Assembly: GCA_964619625.1 (NCBI GenBank) | Contig: CAZUFD010000001.1 | Coordinates: 138,258 to 186,355 of the forward strand | Direction: 5' to 3' | DNA: 48,098 nt | Source: an uncultured Gammaproteobacteria bacterium | Lineage (GTDB): Bacteria > Patescibacteriota > Patescibacteriia > Magasanikbacterales > GWA2-37-8 | Part shown: piece after piece, positions 1 to 9,575 of the stretch | Layout: the number at the start of each line of letters is the position of its first letter | Position numbering within the stretch: the stretch's first letter is position 1 | The notes under the pieces: generated by a model | The model's database searches: none | The model's input: only the letters and a program-made list of their open reading frames with translations | What the model was told of the DNA's origin: nothing | Translations under genes and position numbers: made by a program

Positions 1-48
1 TAAAGAAAACCATGGGGGATACAAAAGTGGACAACTTAAATTTTTCTA

Positions 49-77
49 TTGACTTTTATTGGAAATAGGAGTATACT
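49..77 (+). promoter_or_regulatory. Putative sigma70 promoter (TTGACT-N17-TATACT)
   Basis: Near-consensus -35/-10 with 17-bp spacer upstream of ORF 110. Confidence 0.55.
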
Positions 78-109
78 ATTATCTAGTTTTTCAAACATAA
101 TTTTTATAT

Positions 110-319
110 ATGTCAGAAGTAAGAAGGCCGGGACACGAAGAAATGTCCGAGGATGAAAGCAATGAAAGCTTGGTTTTACATGAACATGTGGACCTAGATT
201 CTCCTGAAAATGATACAGATAAGATAATCCTACCGCTTGATCCGGATGATGAGGTTTTTAACCAAGACGGTCTTCAAACTGAAGACGGTGCAGAGGTGAA
301 GGAAGACGAAGACGAGTAG
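110..319 (+). CDS. Small acidic hypothetical protein
   Basis: 69-aa Asp/Glu-rich ORF downstream of a promoter-like site. Confidence 0.55.
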   Translation: MSEVRRPGHEEMSEDESNESLVLHEHVDLDSPENDTDKIILPLDPDDEVFNQDGLQTEDGAEVKEDEDE

Positions 320-396
320 GAATTAATTTACAAATATCCAGGTGGAAAATTAGTCGGTTTTTACCCGCGATTAATTTATTCATAATTCTAAAAAAT

Positions 397-597
397 ATGA
401 CAGGTACAATTAAAACTTTAGTTGTAGACAAAAATTTTGGATTCATTACTCCAGACGATGGCTCAAAAGATATTTTCTTTCACGCCTCTGCCTTGAGTGG
501 TCTCCAGTTTTCTGAACTACAAAAAGGTGATAAGGTTTCCTTTGATGTAGAACAATCTGACAAAGGACCTCGCGCTGCTAACGTAGTTCGCGCTTAA
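397..597 (+). CDS. cspA: Cold-shock protein (CSD)
   Basis: RNP1 KNFGFI and RNP2 IFFH motifs, KGPRAANV C-terminus. Confidence 0.95.
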   Translation: MTGTIKTLVVDKNFGFITPDDGSKDIFFHASALSGLQFSELQKGDKVSFDVEQSDKGPRAANVVRA

Positions 598-609
598 TCT
601 AAGCTATCA

Positions 610-646
610 AACAAAAAGCCGCCTCTAGGGCGGTTTTTTGTTTTTT
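610..646 (+). terminator. Intrinsic (probably bidirectional) terminator
   Basis: AAAAAGCCGCC-TCTA-GGGCGGTTTTTT between convergent genes. Confidence 0.8.
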
Positions 647-665
647 CCTCAACCTTATTTCATTT

Positions 666-1466
666 CTAAGTTTTTTTATTTATTATTAAACTTAAGACAA
701 ACAGCAGAAGCGCCGAGATAACAATTGCCGCGCCGCTGGGCAAATTCAGATAAAATGAGGCGAAAAGTCCGATAATCACCGAAAGTAAAGAAATGCCAAT
801 ACCGTAGAGAAAAGTTTTTAGGAAACTTTTGCTAAATTGCGTGGCTGTCAAAACCGGAATTACCATCAGCGCTCCCACCAGTAGCGCGCCCACGATGCGC
901 ATGCTGATAGATATGGTAATAGCCGCCAAGATCATAAGTGTTATGTTTAACAGTTTTATTGGCAATCCGCTCGCTTGAGCCAGCTCCTCGTCATAGGCGG
1001 TAATAAAAAATCGTTTAAATAAAAAGTAGATTATAAGCAGGATACATAATCCAAATCCGGCCATCATTTTCAGGTCGTTTTCTGAAACCGTGGCAATACT
1101 GCCAAATAGATAACTAAAAATATTTACGTTTAAGCCTTTGTTGGCGCTAAAGATAATAAGAGATAGCGCTAAGCCGCCGGACAAAAACAGTGTTAATACG
1201 GATTCGCCGAATATTTTTTTGGCATGGCGTAATTTTTCCATGCCTAGCGCCGCAATTATGGATACGGCAATGGCAGTTAAAACCGGATTTATTCCCGATA
1301 ACAGACCGAGCGCCACGCCCACAAGCGACACATGCGACAAGGTGTCCGCAAGCAATGAATAGCGCTTTACCACCAAAAAAATACCGATAGACGGCGCCAA
1401 AACGGCAATAATAAGCCCGGCAATAAACGCGCGGATCATGAAATCGTATTGAAAAATTTCTAACAT
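666..1466 (-). CDS. znuB: Zn/Mn ABC transporter permease
   Basis: ABC-3 motifs D.LSH, YLFGSI, VG.LLV; multiple TM helices. Confidence 0.9.
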   Translation of the reverse strand: MLEIFQYDFMIRAFIAGLIIAVLAPSIGIFLVVKRYSLLADTLSHVSLVGVALGLLSGINPVLTAIAVSIIAALGMEKLRHAKKIFGESVLTLFLSGGLALSLIIFSANKGLNVNIFSYLFGSIATVSENDLKMMAGFGLCILLIIYFLFKRFFITAYDEELAQASGLPIKLLNITLMILAAITISISMRIVGALLVGALMVIPVLTATQFSKSFLKTFLYGIGISLLSVIIGLFASFYLNLPSGAAIVISALLLFVLSLIINKKT

Positions 1467-1467
1467 A

Positions 1468-2220
1468 TTATTTAGAGTGGTGAATATGCGTTATATTTTT
1501 TCCATATAATTCTTCAATCGTATTTTCTTTGTGGATGATATCCTTGGAGCCAAAACAGAACATGCCGCGATTTAAACACAGTACGGTTTTTATCTCTTCG
1601 GTGATCGTATCTATGTCGTGTGATACAAACAGAATGGTTAGGTGTTCGCGGATGTTTAAATTTTTTAAGAAAGAATAGAAGTCTTTTTGCGAAACAATGT
1701 CTACGCCTGTAAACGGCTCATCCAAGATTAAAATTTTTGGATCATTTACGAGAGCTCGCGTAACATATACGCGCTGTCTTTGGCCCCCGGAAAGGCTGCT
1801 CATCAGACGATCTTTCAAATTAATAATGTTAGCCATTTTCAAGGCCCGATCTATTTTTTCCTTATCTGCGCTGCTAATATTCCCAACCAGCCCTTTTTTG
1901 GTTATAAGACCGCTCTCCACGATCTCGTATACGGTAGCTGGAAATTCTACACTTTCTTGGGCTATGCGTTGCGGCACATACCCGATTTCCGATCGGTTTT
2001 TTAATTTTTGAAAATCCGTGCCAAAGATTTTTATGGTCCCGGATTGCGGTTTAAGCAGGCCAACCAAAATTTTAAGCAAGGTGGTTTTGCCGCCGCCGTT
2101 AGGGCCGATAATTCCCACGTAATCTCCTTTTTCCACGCTAAACGTAAGATTGTCCAGGACAGGCAGGTTATTATATGAGAAATTTAAGTTTTGTACTTCA
2201 ATAATATGGTTTACGGACAT
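1468..2220 (-). CDS. znuC: Zn/Mn ABC transporter ATP-binding protein
   Basis: Walker A GPNGGGKTT, LSGGQ signature, LILDEP. Confidence 0.92.
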   Translation of the reverse strand: MSVNHIIEVQNLNFSYNNLPVLDNLTFSVEKGDYVGIIGPNGGGKTTLLKILVGLLKPQSGTIKIFGTDFQKLKNRSEIGYVPQRIAQESVEFPATVYEIVESGLITKKGLVGNISSADKEKIDRALKMANIINLKDRLMSSLSGGQRQRVYVTRALVNDPKILILDEPFTGVDIVSQKDFYSFLKNLNIREHLTILFVSHDIDTITEEIKTVLCLNRGMFCFGSKDIIHKENTIEELYGKNITHIHHSK

Positions 2221-3134
2221 ACGAGCGCGGTCTTTAAGTTTTGTAAGTTATTTTTCATAACATGAATATAATTTTTACCGGCCCGCAGTTCTTCGTCCGT
2301 CAGTCCTTCTATAGGATTAAGCACAAGGGTTTGCGCGCCAATTTCATCTGCAATCGTGCGTGATAACTTTTGATCTATAATTGTTTCAAAGAAAATATAT
2401 TTAATATTTTTTTGCTTGGCCATGCCGGCGATCTCGGCTATTTTTTGCGGACTCGGCTCTTCGTCTGGAGACAGGCCCAAGATATAGAAGTTCGTTAAAT
2501 TATACCGCTTGGTCAAATAGCCAAACGCGTTATGAGCGGTAATAATTTCTTTTGACTTACAGGCGGCTAAACCAGATTCATAATCATTATGCAGCTCCGC
2601 CAGCTGCTGTTTAAACACAGTTCTATTTCTATTATAATCCGCGGCATGGGTATTATCAATTTGTACGAGTGTATCCGCAATAACATCAGCTTCTTTGGCA
2701 GCATTAATTGGGTCTAGCCAGAAGTGGGGGTCAAATTGTTCGTCCGGTGAATCAGGATTGGCGGTTACGATTTTTTCTACATGTTCACTCATGTTGATAA
2801 CCGAAATATTTTTAGCCCGCAATTCCGGAATGATTTTTTCTGCCCACAAATCAACACCGGCGCCGTTTATAATAAACAATTTGGCCGCGTAAATTTTTGC
2901 CAAATCTTGCGGAGTTGGTTCATAGTCGTGCGGTTCGGCGCCTGGGGGCGTAATGTTTATAACTTCCATATGCTGGCTGCCGACGCGCGCCGCAAAATCA
3001 GCCAGCGGATAAAGGGTTGTTACGATAACCGGTTTTTCTGATGGGGCGGTTTTAGGCTGGCGCAGGCTAACTATAACCAAGGCCGCAATAGCGCCAATTA
3101 AAACCAGTGTGAGTAATATATGCTTAGATTTCAT
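2211..3134 (-). CDS. znuA: Zn ABC transporter substrate-binding protein
   Basis: EPHDYEP, DPHFWLDP, HNAFGY metal ligands; N-terminal anchor. Confidence 0.92.
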   Translation of the reverse strand: MKSKHILLTLVLIGAIAALVIVSLRQPKTAPSEKPVIVTTLYPLADFAARVGSQHMEVINITPPGAEPHDYEPTPQDLAKIYAAKLFIINGAGVDLWAEKIIPELRAKNISVINMSEHVEKIVTANPDSPDEQFDPHFWLDPINAAKEADVIADTLVQIDNTHAADYNRNRTVFKQQLAELHNDYESGLAACKSKEIITAHNAFGYLTKRYNLTNFYILGLSPDEEPSPQKIAEIAGMAKQKNIKYIFFETIIDQKLSRTIADEIGAQTLVLNPIEGLTDEELRAGKNYIHVMKNNLQNLKTALVCP

Positions 3135-3178
3135 AAATCAGAACTATAATAAGTCGGGTACATTCATCCTAGCATAGA

Positions 3179-3205
3179 TTGCAAATACTTGCAAGTTAGT
3201 TGCAT
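3179..3205. promoter_or_regulatory. Candidate Zur operator (three TTGCA units; TGCAA-N5-TTGCA inverted repeat)
   Basis: TTGCAA atac TTGCAA gttag TTGCAT between divergent znuA and fur-family gene. Confidence 0.55.
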
Positions 3206-3223
3206 TTATGATATAGTGTATGC

Positions 3224-3655
3224 ATGAAATGGGACAAACATACTAAACAATCTATAGCAGTTTTGCAGGAAAACCAGCTAAAAGCCACTTCCGCGCGCGT
3301 GGAACTGTTGGATATTTTTAAGCACACCCAAAAACCATTAAGCGTGGGAGATATTTTTAAATTGTTGAAAAAAACCGGTGTAGACAAGGTTACTTTATAT
3401 AGAAACATGGAATCCCTGGTACAGTTGGGAATTATCAGGCAAGTACGCCTTAAAGACAGACAGGCATATTATGAGCTGGCTGCGCACGGACACCACCACC
3501 ATGTGGTATGCAGTACATGCGGCAAAATAAAAGATATGTCCGGATGCGGCATAAACTTTGTCAGTAAAAAATTTTTAAAACTTTCTGGGTTTGCCAAAAT
3601 CAATGAACATTCATTGGAATTTTTTGGCATCTGTACTTCATGCGCGAAAAAATAG
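3224..3655 (+). CDS. zur: Fur-family regulator, probably Zur
   Basis: TLYR helix, HHHHVVCSTCG and C-terminal CxxC; divergent from znuACB. Confidence 0.85.
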   Translation: MKWDKHTKQSIAVLQENQLKATSARVELLDIFKHTQKPLSVGDIFKLLKKTGVDKVTLYRNMESLVQLGIIRQVRLKDRQAYYELAAHGHHHHVVCSTCGKIKDMSGCGINFVSKKFLKLSGFAKINEHSLEFFGICTSCAKK

Positions 3656-3701
3656 ACGCGGGACTTTATAGTTGTGATATAATAAACACGATCTATTTTG
3701 T

Positions 3702-4844
3702 ATGCAATCTTACAGAAAAGTTATTGTGGTAAGTATATTTGCGGCGGCTTTGGCTGCTTTATTTAGTTTTGGCGCGCGGGTGAATGCTCAAACCGCCCCA
3801 GATTTATCCGATAAGTATTATCGGGCCAAAGTAGTTAAAATTTTAGAAACCGGTGAAAAAGCAGTTGAAGATAGTCAAACGCTCAAATATCAAAAATTGG
3901 AACTTCAAATATTAAATGGCGATGAAAAAGGCAAGCGGATCATTATAGATCATGGCGCCACGTTTGTGGTGTCCGATAGCCAGATGGCGCAAGAAGGCGA
4001 GCAGGTGATAATTGCTAAAACTCCGGAATTGCCCGGCGGCAAATCCGTATATTATATTACTGATAAATATAGGCTCAACAATCTAATTGCCATCGTTCTT
4101 ATATTTTTTGCGATCGCGATTTATTTTGCCCGCAAGCGCGGTGTTACTTCCATTATCGGCATGTTGTTTAGCGTATTTGTAATTTTTTATTATATTATTC
4201 CTTCAATTGCCAAAGGACATAGTCCGTTTTGGGTTTGTATTGCCGGTTCGGTCGTAATACTATTTGTATCATTATATTTTTCGCATGGATTTAATAAACG
4301 TACGAGTCTGGCTCTCCTTAGTAGTTTTATTTCCTTAGGGCTCGCGGTAATTATTAATATTATTTTTGTAAGCATTGCCAAGTTGGCGGGTAATGGCACG
4401 GAAGAAGTTTTTTATCTGCAATTTGCAAATTCCAGTATTGATATGCGCGGACTGCTCTTGGGAGGTATAATTATTGGAGTTTTGGGTGTGTTAGACGATG
4501 TAACCACTGCTCAAACCGCGGTGGTGGAAGAAATTTCTTTGGCCAATAATAGTTTTGATTTTAAAGAATTATATAAACGTGGATTATCCGTAGGCAGAGA
4601 ACATATTTCTTCGCTTGTAAATACACTCGTGCTTGCGTATGCCGGTATATCATTGCCGCTATTACTTTTATATAGCAGTCAAAAATCACAGCCAGTTTGG
4701 ATGGCGGTAAATAGCGCTTTTATTGCCGAAGAAATTGTGCGGACGCTTGTAGGTAGTACGGTTTTGGTGCTAGCCGTACCCATTACTACGGTTTTGGCCG
4801 CTTGGATATATTCACGAAAAAATTCTCTTTTATTAAATAGATAA
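3702..4844 (+). CDS. YibE/F-family membrane protein
   Basis: GVLDDVT, VGREHISSLVNTLVLAYAG, EEIVRTLVGS motifs. Confidence 0.85.
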   Translation: MQSYRKVIVVSIFAAALAALFSFGARVNAQTAPDLSDKYYRAKVVKILETGEKAVEDSQTLKYQKLELQILNGDEKGKRIIIDHGATFVVSDSQMAQEGEQVIIAKTPELPGGKSVYYITDKYRLNNLIAIVLIFFAIAIYFARKRGVTSIIGMLFSVFVIFYYIIPSIAKGHSPFWVCIAGSVVILFVSLYFSHGFNKRTSLALLSSFISLGLAVIINIIFVSIAKLAGNGTEEVFYLQFANSSIDMRGLLLGGIIIGVLGVLDDVTTAQTAVVEEISLANNSFDFKELYKRGLSVGREHISSLVNTLVLAYAGISLPLLLLYSSQKSQPVWMAVNSAFIAEEIVRTLVGSTVLVLAVPITTVLAAWIYSRKNSLLLNR

Positions 4845-5337
4845 TCCCCGCTAAAATCGCTAGCATGACAAAGTAGTAGAGTGTGTTTTTAGACAGCGGC
4901 TTTGCGGGGGTGCTTGCATCTTTCTCTATGCGTATATCGTAAGATATGGAGAAGCTTTGAAAATCGCCTTGGTTTTTTGGTTTGCCCGTAAGAATAACCG
5001 TATAGACGCCTTTGTGAGGGAAGGTATAGGGGATAGCGGGGGCAAAAATTCCTTTATAAGAAGTTTTTCCTTTAAAAACCGGTGAAGAAAATAACGTTTC
5101 TCCGTTTTCTATAACAGAGGCAGTGCAATTGCAGTTTTCAGCTTGAAAATGTTTGTCTTTATCATTAATAAGAAAAAGAATCTCGGATGGCTGCCCGGCC
5201 ACCGGATCATCATCGGGGTTTATGTGTATAAGTACGCTTATAGAACTTTCTGATTTAAGCTCGTGAGCCCGAGCCAAAGACAGAGGGAGCGAAGCATACG
5301 CTATGGGTAGTAGCAAAAGGATTAAAATTTTTTTCAT
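4786..5337 (-). CDS. Exported protein with C-terminal TM anchor; His near mature N-terminus
   Basis: Start re-set to MKKILILLL (signal peptide, ARA^H), HINPDD motif, C-terminal hydrophobic helix; overlaps convergent yibE/F 3' end. Confidence 0.7.
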   Translation of the reverse strand: MKKILILLLLPIAYASLPLSLARAHELKSESSISVLIHINPDDDPVAGQPSEILFLINDKDKHFQAENCNCTASVIENGETLFSSPVFKGKTSYKGIFAPAIPYTFPHKGVYTVILTGKPKNQGDFQSFSISYDIRIEKDASTPAKPLSKNTLYYFVMLAILAGIIYLIKENFFVNISKRPKP

Positions 5338-5417
5338 GGTTTTTCTTTTCTTTACTACATATTGTAGTACATAAAAAATAGATGTCAAGTCTATAATTTT
5401 ATAGTATAATAAATTCC

Positions 5418-6095
5418 ATGCCAAACCATGTAAGCGAATCGGCGCTCACAGATACATTAACGCCCCTGGAAGAAGTGCGCGGACAAATCCCCAGTTTGAA
5501 AGCCGGTGATATTATTTTGATACATATAAAACGTTCTCTGCTGCGAAGTTTAATTCGCCGCGTGACCAAAAGTTATTGGGATCATGTGACAGCTATAGTG
5601 TATCCTAAAGATAATGACAAATTACAACAGAGCATTATTATTGAAAATATCAATCCCGGGTTAAGCGTTGATTATTATTTTTTAAGATCAGCTATTCGAG
5701 GCACGGAAATACACCACTTAAATAAATATTTGAATAATCCAAAAAAATACGATATCGGAATCAAGCGTGTTTCTTGGCTGACCGATGCGCATCGCAAGCG
5801 CCTTTCTTCTTTTTTGGTTACAACTATTGATACGCCGTATTGGCCAATGCCGTTTTGGAAATTTTTTTTAGCGTCAATTTGGCCAAAGTTTCGCCGTTGG
5901 TTTTTACATCAACAAAGATGGAGTTGTTCAACTTTGGTGCAAATGGCATATTACGAATCCGCTGCCAATTGGGAGGAGCGTTTAAAATTAATTTTTAAAG
6001 AAGGGGATTTATCGCCGCTTGAAATGCAAAGTATCGTATCTCCGGCTGAAATAGCGAATTCTGATAAGTCCCAGTGGATTTTTAACGAACATTAA
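5418..6095 (+). CDS. Permuted papain-like amidase (YaeF/YiiX, NlpC/P60-like)
   Basis: GDIILI, YWDHV (His), PY, WSCST (Cys) in permuted order. Confidence 0.78.
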   Translation: MPNHVSESALTDTLTPLEEVRGQIPSLKAGDIILIHIKRSLLRSLIRRVTKSYWDHVTAIVYPKDNDKLQQSIIIENINPGLSVDYYFLRSAIRGTEIHHLNKYLNNPKKYDIGIKRVSWLTDAHRKRLSSFLVTTIDTPYWPMPFWKFFLASIWPKFRRWFLHQQRWSCSTLVQMAYYESAANWEERLKLIFKEGDLSPLEMQSIVSPAEIANSDKSQWIFNEH

Positions 6096-6105
6096 ATTTA
6101 TTATA

Positions 6106-6753
6106 TTGGCTTCGCCTATGGAGTTATCAGAAAAAATACAACAATGGCATTTTGTGGAAAGCCAGTTAAAATTAGCTGATATTATTCTTGTGCATGGGGA
6201 AACCCCTGTTCGCCGCGCAATTCAGAAACGAACGAGCAGTTACTGGAATCATGTGGCTTTGGTGCTGCAACCGCCCCAATTGTCTTTGGGTATGCGCGGA
6301 GCCTTTATCATTGGCGCTATCAACAAAGGCATTGAAGTGCATAGACTCCGAAAATATTCCGAGGAAAGGGATAAATTTGATATTGGCGTTAAACGCCTGC
6401 CTTGGCTAACGGATGAAATGCGAGAAGATATTCTTTCGTTTATGTTAAACAAGATTGATTCCCCGTATGATTATACGCGGCTATTTGGCTATATTTTTGA
6501 AGGCATGTTAAAATTTATTTTACCAAAAGAGATGTTTAAAAAAGTGCGCCAATCCATCGTGGCTTCTCGGCCCAATTCGTTTGTGTGCAGCACGTTTATT
6601 CAGCACGCTTTTCTTGAATCTGTGCCCCGCAAAATGCAGGCCAAGACCTTTGCTCGCGACCATTTGCGTTCACTGCTTGAAATAGAAGAGATGACGCCGG
6701 CAGATTTTGCGAGCTCGCAAAATTATGAATGGATTTTTAACCCTCATGTATAA
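6106..6753 (+). CDS. Permuted papain-like amidase (YaeF/YiiX), paralog of upstream gene
   Basis: ADIILV, YWNHV, PYD, FVCST, TPADF; true start may be ATG at 6118. Confidence 0.8.
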   Translation: MASPMELSEKIQQWHFVESQLKLADIILVHGETPVRRAIQKRTSSYWNHVALVLQPPQLSLGMRGAFIIGAINKGIEVHRLRKYSEERDKFDIGVKRLPWLTDEMREDILSFMLNKIDSPYDYTRLFGYIFEGMLKFILPKEMFKKVRQSIVASRPNSFVCSTFIQHAFLESVPRKMQAKTFARDHLRSLLEIEEMTPADFASSQNYEWIFNPHV

Positions 6754-6756
6754 AAT

Positions 6757-6851
6757 TATGAGCTAAAGCTGCATATATACTAATTATATATACTCATTCG
6801 TTCGGAAGTAATTAAGCAAGCTTATTACTTCGCTCACTCATCTCGCATATG
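6757..6851 (-). repeat. Tandem-GA hairpin element, copy 1
   Basis: Minus strand: TATGC GA g AT GA GT GA GC [GAAGTAA..TTACTTC] C GA AC GA AT GA GTATA; plus AGC-TAAA-GCT mini hairpin. Confidence 0.75.
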
Positions 6852-7280
6852 AAAAAAATTCTTCTATCTATACTTACAATCTCGGCCTTTGCATTTTATG
6901 TAGTGTATCAGCGTATGGGCTGGGGATCTTCCGTGGGTCCGCAGCTGCCCGGCCAGAATCCGGCTTTCACTTTTCCCGCATTCAGTACTGTGTTTGGAAA
7001 TTATAAAGACGGCAGATACCAAGGAATAAGTGTGGATGCGTATTATGGCCGAGTAGAAGTTTTAGCCATCATAGAAGGCGGCAGGATTGTTGATATAGAA
7101 TTTTTAGATTATCCGCACGAGCAGCCAACCTCCAAACAAATAAATGCCGAGGCCGTGCCAATGCTTGAGACCGAAGCAATTGTCGCGCAAAGCGCTGAGG
7201 TGGATATTGTATCCGGAGCTACCCAAACAAGCAGGGCATTTAAAGAATCGCTTGCCTCGGCGCTCGCTAAAGCCAAATAG
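6849..7280 (+). CDS. Membrane-anchored FMN-binding (flavinylated) domain protein
   Basis: YKDGRYQG, VDIVSGATQTS flavinylation motif, N-terminal TM. Confidence 0.88.
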   Translation: MKKILLSILTISAFAFYVVYQRMGWGSSVGPQLPGQNPAFTFPAFSTVFGNYKDGRYQGISVDAYYGRVEVLAIIEGGRIVDIEFLDYPHEQPTSKQINAEAVPMLETEAIVAQSAEVDIVSGATQTSRAFKESLASALAKAK

Positions 7281-7281
7281 C

Positions 7282-8025
7282 ATGCGAGATACGAGAATTT
7301 TAATGGGCATGCCTATTACGGTAGAAATCACCGATCAGACCGGCGCTCAAGAATCAATCAGTCAAGTGTTTAACTACTTTGATTATGTAGATAAAAAATT
7401 TAGTTTGTATAAACAGGCAAGTGAAATAAACAAAATAAATAGGCATGAAATTGATGAAACGGATTATACTAGTGACATGAAAGAAGTGTTGCGACTGTCC
7501 GAAGATACGAAAAATAAGACAAGTGGATATTTTAATATTAAAAATAGAAACGGCAACCTTGATCCGTCAGGGCTGGTAAAAGGATGGGCAATTTATAAGG
7601 CCGCGGAAATGCTTTTCAAAGCCGGATATAAAAATTTTTACGTGGAAGCCGGTGGTGATATTCAGGCTTCCGGTAAAAATAATTCTGGCCAAGATTGGCG
7701 GGTGGGGATACGTAATCCGTTTAATCAAGAAGAAATTGTAAAAGTAGTTCAGATCAGCAATATGGGCATGGCCACTTCCGGCACGTATATCCGCGGCCAG
7801 CACATCTATAATCCGCATAATATGGCAAACAATATTACGGAAATTACAAGTTTAACCGTGATCGGCGCCAGTGTTTATGAAGCTGACCGATTTGCCACGG
7901 CTGCCTTTGCCATGGGACAGCAGGGGATTAATTTTATTGAAAATATGCCAGGGCTAGAAGGGTATATGATGAATGTACATGGCGTGGCAACCATGACCAG
8001 CGGTTTTAAAAAGTATGTTGTATAA
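7282..8025 (+). CDS. apbE: FAD:protein FMN transferase
   Basis: MG start motif, DPSGLVKGW, EAGGD, ATSG.Y, HIYNP, ADRFATA; start re-set to ATG 7282. Confidence 0.9.
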   Translation: MRDTRILMGMPITVEITDQTGAQESISQVFNYFDYVDKKFSLYKQASEINKINRHEIDETDYTSDMKEVLRLSEDTKNKTSGYFNIKNRNGNLDPSGLVKGWAIYKAAEMLFKAGYKNFYVEAGGDIQASGKNNSGQDWRVGIRNPFNQEEIVKVVQISNMGMATSGTYIRGQHIYNPHNMANNITEITSLTVIGASVYEADRFATAAFAMGQQGINFIENMPGLEGYMMNVHGVATMTSGFKKYVV

Positions 8026-8031
8026 AAAAGT

Positions 8032-9546
8032 ATGTTGAAATATATTGATGATTTGCTTAATCGCGTGACAATGTATCGGCTGGTGCTCTATTATGTAACT
8101 GGCTTGTGGTTGGCAGCGTTTATCTTAAGTTTTTTTAAACTACTTCCATACACCCCGCTTGAATTTTTTATTTCGGCGGCGCTTATCGTGGGGGTTTGTT
8201 TATCGGTAAATTCAATTTTCGCGCGCGTGTTTGGCGCGCCGACCAACCTTGAATCTGTCTATGCTACGGCGTTTATTTTGATCCTGATAGTCCCGCCCAT
8301 GAGATCCGCCGGCCTTTTGCCGTTTTTGGCCTGGGCTGCGCTTTGGGCCATGGCTTCAAAATATATTTTTGCCATTTGGAAAAAACATATTTTTAACCCA
8401 GCAGCGTTTGCCGTGGGATTAACCGCTCTGACGCTTAACCGTTCCGCCAACTGGTGGGTGAGTAGCGTATATTTATTGCCATTTGTGGTAATTGGCGGAC
8501 TGCTTGTAGTACGAAAGATCCAGCGATTTGATTTGGTGATTAGTTTTTTGGTGGTGGCCTTTTTCTCTATTTCCGGTTTTAGTTTTCTAAAAGGCGCCGA
8601 TCCCTTGTCTGTGGTAGAAAAAATCATGCTTTATTCGCCGCTGTTATTTTTTGGTTTTGCCATGCTTACCGAACCGTCCGGCACGCCGCCTACCCGCAAG
8701 TTGCGCATCATGTATGGAGCTTTGGTCGGTCTTTTATTTAATCCCAATGCCCATATTGGATCTTTTTACTTTACGCCTGAGTTCGCATTGCTTACCGGTA
8801 ATATTTTTTCCTATTTAGTCAGTCCTAAACAAAAATTAGTTTTGCGGTTAAGAGAAAAAATTTCTTCGGCCAAGGATGTATATGATTTTTGGTTTACATC
8901 TGATAAAAAAATGAATTTTAAAGCCGGACAGTATATGGAATGGACCTTAGGGCACGAGTCTCAAGACAAGCGCGGTATTAGGCGCTATCTAACGATTTGT
9001 TCGTCTCCGACGGAAAAGGATATTATGGTTGGCGTAAAGTTCCCTCCCAATTCCAGCAGTTTCAAGCAATCAATGATTTCTTTAAAGAAAGGAGACACAA
9101 TCGTGGTTTCTCAACTGGCCGGAGAATTTGTCTTGCCTCGTGACGCAAGCAAAAAACTGGTTTTTATCGCCGGCGGGATTGGGGTGACGCCGTTTAGAAG
9201 TATGGTAAAATATTTGTTGGATAAAAAGGAGCAGCGAGATATAGTTTTACTCTACTGTAATCATACGCCGGATGATGTTGCTTATAAAGACATTTTTGAC
9301 GAGGCCAAAGCAGTGTTAGGAATGAAAACCGTCTACACGATTACCGATGAGCCGTTTCCAAAAAATTGGAAAGGAGCCACCGGATTTGTGGATGAAGCAA
9401 TGATTAAAAAGGCTGTGCCGGATTATAAGGAAAGGATGTTTTATATTTCTGGTACGCATGCCATGGTTGTGGCGTTTGTAGAGATTTTACAGAAAATGGG
9501 AGTGCGAAAAAAACAGATCATCCAAGATTTTTTTCCTGGCTTTTAA
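8032..9546 (+). CDS. RnfD/NqrB-like membrane domain fused to FNR-type NAD(P)H oxidoreductase
   Basis: KHIFNPAA and MLTEP in TM region; AGQY, RRYLTICS, FIAGGIGVTPF in cytosolic domain. Confidence 0.85.
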   Translation: MLKYIDDLLNRVTMYRLVLYYVTGLWLAAFILSFFKLLPYTPLEFFISAALIVGVCLSVNSIFARVFGAPTNLESVYATAFILILIVPPMRSAGLLPFLAWAALWAMASKYIFAIWKKHIFNPAAFAVGLTALTLNRSANWWVSSVYLLPFVVIGGLLVVRKIQRFDLVISFLVVAFFSISGFSFLKGADPLSVVEKIMLYSPLLFFGFAMLTEPSGTPPTRKLRIMYGALVGLLFNPNAHIGSFYFTPEFALLTGNIFSYLVSPKQKLVLRLREKISSAKDVYDFWFTSDKKMNFKAGQYMEWTLGHESQDKRGIRRYLTICSSPTEKDIMVGVKFPPNSSSFKQSMISLKKGDTIVVSQLAGEFVLPRDASKKLVFIAGGIGVTPFRSMVKYLLDKKEQRDIVLLYCNHTPDDVAYKDIFDEAKAVLGMKTVYTITDEPFPKNWKGATGFVDEAMIKKAVPDYKERMFYISGTHAMVVAFVEILQKMGVRKKQIIQDFFPGF

Positions 9547-9575
9547 TTTTCGTCTGCCGGTTGATAATTACATAT

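Noticed and set aside
7144-7281. N-terminal extension of ApbE in the ORF track
   Set aside because: It overlaps the FMN-binding gene out of frame; ATG 7282 directly after that gene's stop gives a normal ApbE start.
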